Below, piece after piece: positions 55,772-64,000 of a stretch of DNA of 64,000 bases. The stretch lies in assembly GCA_946965045.2 (NCBI GenBank), contig OX337230.1, positions 496,001-560,000 on the forward strand, in the 5' to 3' direction. How positions within the stretch are numbered: the stretch's first letter is position 1; the number at the start of each line of letters is the position of its first letter. The notes under the pieces were generated by a model. It saw only the letters and a program-made list of their open reading frames with translations. It was not told the origin of the DNA and searched no databases. The position numbers and the translations under genes were made by a program. This DNA is from Epithemia pelagica (taxonomy: Eukaryota > Protista > Bacillariophyta).

Positions 55772-57037
55772 ATGGCCAAGAGTTCGTTCAAGAAACGCAC
55801 TCACGCAGTCCGTGAGGACACTCCAAGTGTTGGTCGGAACAACCACAGCAACAACAAACAAAGCAAGAAGAAGCAAAAGTCCACTGCCAAGGACGACGAA
55901 GCCGAGTTTTCCGTGGACCCAGCCGAATTGGATCGATTTGCCGGCTCCAGTGAAGAAGAAGAAGAAGAAGAAAATGTCGATCAGGACCCAAATGACGTGG
56001 ATGAGGATCTGGAGGACGAGGATGAAGTAGTTCCCATGAAGAAACTGGACAATCCAGAAGAAACGGACGATGATGATTCGAATGTGCATGACAATGGGAG
56101 CAGTGATGACAACGACGACAACGACAGGGACGGCGAATCCGAGCGGCAAACCTCCACGTCCAAGAAAAGAAAACCAAGGAATGAAAAGGATACCAACGAT
56201 GCAGCTGGTGCCAATGCCCATGATGGTAGTAGCAGTAGTGAGGACGAGGACAGTCCAGACGAAGAAATTCAAACCAGTTCCATGGGCATGGCCAATGCCA
56301 TGTCTCGCATTCTGGGCATGGGAGTTGTACCACAACAAGACTCCACCCGCAAGGATGGTACCACGTCGGCTGGGACCAAACCACAACAACAACAACCCAT
56401 TGTCTTGTCCAAAACCATTACACCTCTTCAACGACAAGCGCAAAAAGACAAGCAAGAGTACCAAGAACTGTTGAAACGACGCAAATTGAACAAGGAGCAA
56501 AAGGAATTGACCGCACTGCACATTCCCTTGCTCTTGACCACCACCAAGAAATACCAAAAGGACGACAAGGACGACGACGATACGCACCACCAGTCCCACG
56601 ACAGTGTGGCGGTCGAATTGGACCGGGAACGCCTGCATCGACGAGTGGCAACCCGAGGTGTCGTTGCACTCTTTAACGCCATTGCTCAACATCAACAACA
56701 GCAACAAAAACAACAACAGCAACAAGCAGGTACCACCAGTAGTGCGGCCACGATTGGCAGTCAAGATCCGGGGAATCGGAGTACGGTAGGAACGGCCCAA
56801 AACAAGCATGCCTTTTTGGATCAAATCAAAGCCACAGCCGTGGCACAAGGAACAACCTCCAAAGGAACAGCACCCCAGCAGCATTCCAATCCACCCATGA
56901 TTGTCACTGCAACTGCCTCCACCAACCAATCCTCCAAACCTCAATGGAATGCCTTGCACGATGATTTCATGTTGAATCCCAAAAAGAATTGGGATCAAGA
57001 CGATGACGATGATGAGGATGACGACGACGAGCCATGA
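55772..57037 (+). CDS. RRP15: Ribosome biogenesis factor Rrp15-like
   Basis: Acidic N-terminus and ERLHRRVATRGVVALFNAI, which matches the Rrp15 core; ends KNWD plus an acidic tail. Confidence 0.8.
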   Translation: MAKSSFKKRTHAVREDTPSVGRNNHSNNKQSKKKQKSTAKDDEAEFSVDPAELDRFAGSSEEEEEEENVDQDPNDVDEDLEDEDEVVPMKKLDNPEETDDDDSNVHDNGSSDDNDDNDRDGESERQTSTSKKRKPRNEKDTNDAAGANAHDGSSSSEDEDSPDEEIQTSSMGMANAMSRILGMGVVPQQDSTRKDGTTSAGTKPQQQQPIVLSKTITPLQRQAQKDKQEYQELLKRRKLNKEQKELTALHIPLLLTTTKKYQKDDKDDDDTHHQSHDSVAVELDRERLHRRVATRGVVALFNAIAQHQQQQQKQQQQQAGTTSSAATIGSQDPGNRSTVGTAQNKHAFLDQIKATAVAQGTTSKGTAPQQHSNPPMIVTATASTNQSSKPQWNALHDDFMLNPKKNWDQDDDDDEDDDDEP

Positions 57038-57741
57038 CAAGGAACCAATATGCCCTATAGATGGATAGTCAACCCAAAAGGCTTCTGTACCAGATGCCTG
57101 TAACAGACACAGGCAATGGAGGAAAAAACTAATGGTTTGTTCGAGCCGTGAAATTCTGTGCCCCCAGTCGAAGGAAAGACGCAACATTTTTGCGACGCGA
57201 CGAACATGAATGGTTCGCGGTGCGCTTCTCCTCGGAACAACGTTACATCGTTTCTGTCGTAAGCTACGCGAAGTAGGTTTGAGCGCAACACACATGATAA
57301 TTTGGAAATATATATAAAGAACTTTATTACTATTCCACATTCATCATACTAGGAGGAGAATCGCTCCAATTCAAATTGTGGTGCAACACCAGTCTGGTAT
57401 TATTGATCCTCGTCCTCCTTTCTCCGTCCATTATATTCATTCTACCATCCTCTATTTCTTCTGTCGTGAGTGCTAGAGAGCGTGGAAACGATAATCTTTC
57501 AAAGGCACTGCCAATCATCGAGAAGTGATCGTTCACGATCAAGCAATGGTTTTCTGCATTCCGCGACTCGCCGCGCTCCGTTTTGCAGTATGCAGCCCTC
57601 CCAGATGTTCCACCTTCCTCTGTTTGATGTAGTTCAACGGAATTCATTCCTCGTCCAGTCTCCCATATATATCCTGATGGATATTACGCTTCCATCTCGA
57701 ACAAATCGCCTTGGCCCATAGGACCTTGACAACTAGTCCTT

Positions 57742-59505
57742 CTAATCAAAGTCGACAAACTCGTACTGCAGATGCATGGGCTTGGCCGCCGCCACATTGC
57801 CCCTATCGTAGGTGGCCTTGTAGGCACTGGAATAGGCTTCGGCGGTTTCGGTGGGTACCACAGCCGTGACACACATAAAGTCAATCAACTGGTGCAAATA
57901 AACTTGACTCAAGGCCGCATATTCGGATATAGCAATGGCAAATTTGTGACGATCCAGTACTTTTTCATGCTTGGTAAACAAGGAACCAAACACTTGCTTC
58001 TTGATCTGTGTCGCATTGGCATTCTTGGCCCCCGAACTTTTTTCAAACTTGGCAAACCCTACTTCCAATTCGTTTTGATCAATATCTCCATCCCCATTGG
58101 TGTCCCACAAATCAAACAACTTTTGCAAGCGAGTGTAGGACACACTGTCCATTGGTTGCTGCTGTTGTTGTTGTGCCTGCTTATTAAAGTCGGCAAAGAC
58201 GGTATCGGCCACCATCAAACTTGCCATGTCGGCTTCGGAAATTTTGGTGTTGGTCGTCAAGGCAATCACCAATTCGTCGGCAACTTCGTGAAAGGATTTG
58301 TTGTGACCCATGGTGGACATGACACCCATCATGAGCCGGCCAAACTGCTCATAATTGACCGTCCTCTTGTCTTCCTTGTCCATCATGAGCAAGAGCTCCA
58401 TGGTCGTTTTGGCCGATTGTTCCATATCGGACGTGAGTTGGTACAAACCAATGGCAACTTCCTTGAACCCCAACTCTCTTGTGCCCTCCTTATCGAACAA
58501 ATCAAAGATTTCAATCAATCTTGGATCGGCCAACATTTCCAACAAGGTACCACGCTCCTTGACTTGTTGCGTCAAGATCTTTTCGTCAATTTCTGGTTCT
58601 TCAATGGGCGCCAGGCTCATATTACTAACGGAAGCAAAGTTATCCATCATATTCTCATTGCCACCCGTCGAGGAGGACGGACCTCCTTCCGAGAATTGTG
58701 TTTGCAGCACCATGTATTCGGCAAATTCGGCAAAGGTCACATTGAGTTCTTTGAGCATGACTTGCAAAAATCCCTCAAATTCATCCAAATTCAATCGAGC
58801 ATCGCCATCGGTATCGAAAATGGCCACCATATCAATCGCCTTTTCCAAGGAGGCCGTAAAGGTCATTTCGGCATTGCGCCGTCGCATGGCCGAAGCCAAT
58901 TCTCTGGCATCAATGTATCCATTGTTGTCGTCATCAATCACGTTGAAAAGGAGCTCTAATTTTTCTTCCCTGGTCATTTTGGACAATTGGTCAATGAAAT
59001 CCAATTGAGCTTCCAAGGCGGCCTTTTGCAATTTGAGTTCCAGTCGTTTTTGTTCGACATAGGAAGATACGGTAGAGGCTTTGGCTGCCTTTTTCTTTTG
59101 GTTGGAGGATGCCTTTTGGGCGGCATTCGATTTGCGCTGCATGGTACGGGCCTTGCTAAATTCGTTCTTGGCGCGATTGGAGGAGGCCAATCCCTTTTCC
59201 AAGGCCTCATTTTTGGGACAGCGTTGCAATCCAACCCGGTACGTTTTGATGGCTTGATCGTACTTTTTCATGGCGTGCAAGGCGGCACCCTTTCGACTGT
59301 AGCCCTTGTGAAAATCCGGGTTCAGCTTGATGCATTTGTCGGCATCTTTCAAGGCACTTTCATTGTCTCCAAACTTTAAATAGGCCGCCGATCGATTCGA
59401 AAAGAGGGCCGAATCACTCCCATCCAAATCAATGGCCTTGCCGTAGTAGTTAATCGCTCGTTTCCATTCTCCCGATTTAAATGCCTTATTTCCGCTATCT
59501 CGATA
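57742..59505 (-). CDS. TPR (STI1/HOP-like N-terminal) plus multiple EF-hand protein; first exon not resolved
   Basis: GNKAFKSGEW..AI.YYGKAI, NRSAAY and GYSRKGAAL; EF-hand loops DDDNNGYIDARE, DTDGDARLNLDE, DKEGTRELGFKE and DTNGDGDIDQNE. Confidence 0.85.
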   Translation of the reverse strand, partial: YRDSGNKAFKSGEWKRAINYYGKAIDLDGSDSALFSNRSAAYLKFGDNESALKDADKCIKLNPDFHKGYSRKGAALHAMKKYDQAIKTYRVGLQRCPKNEALEKGLASSNRAKNEFSKARTMQRKSNAAQKASSNQKKKAAKASTVSSYVEQKRLELKLQKAALEAQLDFIDQLSKMTREEKLELLFNVIDDDNNGYIDARELASAMRRRNAEMTFTASLEKAIDMVAIFDTDGDARLNLDEFEGFLQVMLKELNVTFAEFAEYMVLQTQFSEGGPSSSTGGNENMMDNFASVSNMSLAPIEEPEIDEKILTQQVKERGTLLEMLADPRLIEIFDLFDKEGTRELGFKEVAIGLYQLTSDMEQSAKTTMELLLMMDKEDKRTVNYEQFGRLMMGVMSTMGHNKSFHEVADELVIALTTNTKISEADMASLMVADTVFADFNKQAQQQQQQPMDSVSYTRLQKLFDLWDTNGDGDIDQNELEVGFAKFEKSSGAKNANATQIKKQVFGSLFTKHEKVLDRHKFAIAISEYAALSQVYLHQLIDFMCVTAVVPTETAEAYSSAYKATYDRGNVAAAKPMHLQYEFVDFD

Positions 59506-60967
59506 CTAGAGGTAGTCATATTGATGTTTGTAGACAAAGATTCACAAAAACAAAACGCACCAAGCAAGAGCTGTTAGTATTCACGTGACATAGTCAATCC
59601 GAATGCAGGTTCCATAACAAGTAGGCGGCCATAATGTCGGCTGTGATGAATTGTTGGAGCTCCGGAACAAAACTCACTTCTGCTTTGGAGGGCATGGTGC
59701 AAACCAAACGCTACTATACCCAATGGATATGCGCCACGGTCAAAGACGGATGTAGTAGAGCGCGTTGGGTCCCTTGGGAGGTTAACCACGATGGGATGCT
59801 GGACTACAGACGATACCGTCGTCGTCGCAGAGCTCTGTTGTTGTTCTGGAGTGGCCGAGATATTGGGGGAGAATCATGATGGCCTTAAAAGCATCGAGTA
59901 TCGAGTCCCGAAGGGACCGATGACGGACGCCGCTCGGTACTATTTATGCTATAGTCTCCATCCTTTCCATCGTACAGAGCCTTCTACACTATATATGAAA
60001 ATGATTCGGGGGAGGTCATTTCACAAAGAGAGACGGTCTTTTTTCGTTTTGGAAAAAGATCCAGTGACAATTTCCAAGACATTCAATTCAGACGCTCTCT
60101 AGTCAAAACTGATCCGACACGATTGGACTGACAATTAATGCTTGTGTTTATATGTCATGAACCAGCCGATGGGTTGTCACAATTTGACAATTCGTTCGCT
60201 TCTCGACAATGAGAATCCTGTCGCGACCATCCATCGACCATCCATCGACCATCCGGCACGTCCAGGGACGACGAAACCCAAGTCCATGAGCGAAAAGAAA
60301 CAAACGGTACCAAGCATCTTTCACTGACGGAAAGTTCTCTAGAGAGAATCGCCAACGGCTTGCCATCTCATGAGTGCTTGTACTTGATTCCCGATGCATT
60401 TGGACGGAAGATGCACGTTGTGGGAGCACGCTTTACCTTTCCTGTTCCATCAAGAATCAATTCAAGTCTCTCATTTCGGGGGTGAACGAGAAGGGCCACA
60501 ACATGCTGCATTCCCTTGGAGCAGTAGTCGGGAAGGTCTCGAATTTGACTGACAACACTGTCGCCCTTCCTTACGAACTGGAAATCGTGTCCTGCTCTCA
60601 CCACGGGGAAGATGGAACACGGAGCCAAAACCAAGATACTTGACAGTGCCTTGAGGGTTTCAGTGACCCATGTCTCTCCGATATTTGAAGGATACGGCTG
60701 TAATACCACAAAATGACAACAGACTGCGACAAGGACGACCACCATCCTGTCACCCCCTTGCACGTGTGCCTTCCTGCTCGGCGGGAGTGTCACACACTGT
60801 GGACGCGCGACGACCGGCCCGCCTCACCTCTCATTTGTGTAGTCCCGAGAAGAAGCAGAAGAAGAGCCACGGTTGTCACAAAACAGATTCCAGATTCCAG
60901 GAAGTGGAGAGGAACCATCTCAAAGACAACGACAACGACAACGACAACGACGACGACCACCACCACC

Positions 60968-62388
60968 ATGAACACGCATCGGACTCCTCTATTTCGTACC
61001 ACAACGGGCAGCACGTCCCGTCCTACCACGGGTGGATCAGCATCCGCATCCATGTCCAACAACAACAACAACCACAATGGTAACAGCAGTACCAGTGAGC
61101 GTGCCATTGAAGCTCGATTGTCGGGATTGGATGCCAAACTACGACAAGAACGGGAACGGGCCCGACGGAACCGGCAAGTCATGGAAGAAAAGTGTCGCAT
61201 GGTACAGGGAGAAATTGATACCATTCAAAACCAAGTACAATCCTTGCAACAAGATTTGGATCGCATTGTCCAAGCCACGCCCAAGGAAGAAACGCTGGCT
61301 CAGGAACGCAAGACGGTCCAACAGTTGGCGGCCGAAGTACGTGCATTATGGCTGGAAACGTTTCACAAGCGTTTGGTCCTGTGAGGATCGTCTTGTTGCT
61401 TGTCATGGACTGCATTGCCGCTTCTCATCATTGCCTCTTGTTTTCTCTTTTCCTCCACGTGTATGACGCATTCCAGGTTCGTTTCCAGCATTCCGAACTC
61501 GTACACAAACTTGAGAAAGTTGAGCAGATTCGTCAGCGCATGCAGGATCAAAAGAAAGAACAAGAACAACGTTTGTCGGAACTGCAGACAAAGATCCAAG
61601 AACGTGGCCGCAAGCTCTATGGATTTCAACAATTGTGCAACAAACAGAAACTGCAACGACAAGCGTCCTTCTTGTCCGAAACACCAGAGACACGTCCCAA
61701 ACTAACACCCAATCCCAATGAAGTAATGGCCTTTCTCAAGGATATCCTCGAGTCGGAACAAAGTCTGGACGACGGTGCGTCTTCACTTCAAGTCAAGGAA
61801 AAAATGGTTCACTTAGTGAAACTTCAAACGCGTCGATTGGAACAGCAATCTCGAGAGTTGGAACGGACTCGTGTGGCCTCCCTCAAGCGTATAGCCGAGG
61901 GATATCGCAAGCACTTTGGACCCTCGTTGAACCAGCTCGTCATGATCCAAGAGGAAGCGGAAGAGAATGAGACAGAGGACGACCCTCATGGTCATGGCCC
62001 GGAAGCAGTGCAGGAGGAGGAAAACATGGAGGGACCATCCGAGGAGCCTCCCGAGGAACCTTGTGAGCGCCAAATGGAAGATAAGCAGGTAGGTCCGGGG
62101 AACAGCCTCGATGATCCGATGGAGCATTCAGCGTTTCATACTGCACCGTCACTTCACACCAAGAGTCCCGATGAAAACGAGATGGACTTGAGCTTTCATG
62201 AAACTGTCATGAACCATTGTAACGATGAGCAACACAACGATAGCCAGCAACAGTATGATGACGACATGGATACGAACAAAGATTCGGAGCACTTGGGGGA
62301 CAACAGCAATAACACAAACGACGACTCCGTGGAAGAGCAGAATTCCATGCTGGTCGAAGGAAAAGCTGTCGACGAAAACATGGAGTAG
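60968..62388 (+). CDS. Two-exon coiled-coil protein with an acidic C-terminus
   Basis: Intron 61337-61476 (GTACGT..TTCCAG, phase 0) joins two heptad-rich ORFs. Confidence 0.65.
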
Positions 62389-62675
62389 AAAGGGGTAGCG
62401 ATGAAGAATTCTGCTTCTGATTGGGGACGAGAGGATCTCTCCATGAATGAGAGTTCTGCAGAGACAGATTGACCAACTTGGGGTGGTTGGCGATCGTTTC
62501 GATGCTCTTTTGAACTCTTATCTGCTCTACTGTGAGGATGACCTTGGTAGATTCATAGCTAACGAGTGACATAAATCATAGAGTCTCGTTCACCAAGTGT
62601 CTAATCATCACTCTGATATATAAATAGAAACATAAACTTAGGCAGGAGTAATATATCATACATTGAGAGAATAAA

Positions 62676-63118
62676 ACGAATAAGAAGAATGACTCTTGGT
62701 GTATGGATGCGTTGATGCGTGTGCAGGCGCATTGTGTGGCGCAAACAGAGGATGATGAACAACGTTTCGAAGTCGCATCTCCCTCGTTTGACGAACACAC
62801 ATATATGGCCCCACAATCAAACCGCATTTATACAGCCAATGAGACAATTCCTTCCGTATCCTTTGAGCTTGGTTTTGTCTTGGTATCTTGAGGAACAAAA
62901 CACCATAAGGTGCTCTTGGGGAGAGTCCTGGTGTATCCTGCAGAGGTGAGGTGTGCGAGCTATGTGGGCTGGGTGGTTTGAGAACCGTCATTGGTCTGTT
63001 CGTCAAACGAGGGAGATGCGACCTTTAAATGTCGCTCATCATCCTTTGTTTACGCCACACAATGCGCCGGCACCCGCATCAACGCATCCATACACCAAGA
63101 GTCATTCTTCTTATTTGT
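62676..63118. repeat. Fold-back / MITE-like element: 122-bp inverted arms around a 199-bp spacer
   Basis: Arms 62676-62797 and 62997-63118 with 11 mismatches counted; no TSD found. Confidence 0.85.
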
Positions 63119-63320
63119 GAAATATCAATCGCAAGTGCTACAGTCTTTTGAATAGGACTTGAGGCCTTGGAGAAGACGTATTCGTCTTCTTAGACAAGGG
63201 TGGTATCTTGTCATGGAACAACTGCGGCTTTTGTTCGAGAAGGGTATATATATTGGGTAACTGAGTGAGGCAGAAGGTCGCCGGACGTATCCTTATCATT
63301 GTGCTGACCAGGCCAAAATA

Positions 63321-63441
63321 GTTGTCCAGATTCAGCGACATTTTATGAACGTTTATACACTTTTGTATCCGGTGCATGAATTAAATCATCCATCAAATGA
63401 CATGTATAAACGTTCACAAAATGTCGCTGAATCTGGACAAC
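63321..63441. repeat. Near-perfect hairpin with 39-bp arms and a 43-nt loop
   Basis: Arms 63321-63359 and 63403-63441, one mismatch. Confidence 0.88.
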
Positions 63442-63469
63442 CATGTTTCCCGAATTTTCACAACAATAA

Positions 63470-63922
63470 TTATACACCAACAACATGCCGATCATCCGTA
63501 TTGCACGACTTCGTGCGATTTGAATTGTGAACTTCCTGGTGCTGATCATGAAGCACTAGAGGTTCCTTTCCACGAGGAGGTTCTTCGCTGGTAAGAAGTT
63601 CCTGTAAAAAGAAAAAATCCTTCGTGTCAGAAGCGTCATGCCGGACCTGCCCCTTTCGCTGGAAGAGTATTTTACTTACCCCACCCGGGAGTGCTCTAGC
63701 CTCCATTTCCTCTGACCGAGGAATCTGGACTTGTTGATATGCGCGAGTCTCAGTTCCTACAGTAAGAGATTCCGGAAGATGTGCTCTCTTCCGTAGCTTT
63801 TGAACAAATGACCCAAGTATATTTTTCGTATCTATTTGCATCGACATCACTGAACGATGTAGTTGTCCCTTCAGCAGACCACAAAGATGGTTGAAAAACC
63901 CTTTGCGGAATTTAGTGAACAC
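63470..63922 (-). CDS. Possible 3' part of a gene extending beyond the window
   Basis: 150-aa ORF near the window edge; no motif recognised. Confidence 0.25.
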   Translation of the reverse strand: MFTKFRKGFFNHLCGLLKGQLHRSVMSMQIDTKNILGSFVQKLRKRAHLPESLTVGTETRAYQQVQIPRSEEMEARALPGGVSKILFQRKGQVRHDASDTKDFFFLQELLTSEEPPRGKEPLVLHDQHQEVHNSNRTKSCNTDDRHVVGV

Positions 63923-64000
63923 CTCGAAGTCGCCATCAGAGCGTTTCGTATCTTTTTGTTTTATGATCGCTAGACCATGTAGAAGGAGTTCAATGGAGCG

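Overview
Eukaryotic genomic DNA, most likely from a pennate diatom. This is inferred from short GT-AG introns, diatom-type Ty1/copia elements and an ASAFAP-like plastid presequence. No rRNA, tRNA or CRISPR array was recognised. Positions ~1-44,300 form a transposon-rich island with three full-length Ty1/copia LTR retrotransposons (6705-15746 minus, 19585-26719 plus, 31551-40621 plus), each with a 5-bp target-site duplication (TSD). The island also holds a PIF/Harbinger DNA transposon nested in the first element, a stray 667-bp gag copy, degenerate tandem repeats, disrupted host genes (MATE, 2OG-Fe(II) oxygenase, Kelch) and an intact Crinkler/RHS-like NTPase-nuclease gene. From ~44,300 onward the window is gene-dense: Sen1-like helicase, a plastid repeat protein, a TLC-like membrane protein, RRP15, a TPR/EF-hand protein, a coiled-coil protein and two fold-back elements. 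Top observations: (1) copia element 1 has no tRNA-type primer site; the 14 nt directly after its 5' LTR are the perfect complement of a 14-mer inside the LTR that follows an initiator-like TCA, the architecture of Tf1-type self-primed reverse transcription; (2) copia element 3 has non-canonical AG...CT LTR termini, supported by four independent boundary markers; (3) elements 2 and 3 both carry a hydrophobic, CC-containing membrane-like segment between Gag and protease. Coordinates were counted by hand and family assignments rest on motif recognition; no database searches were run.
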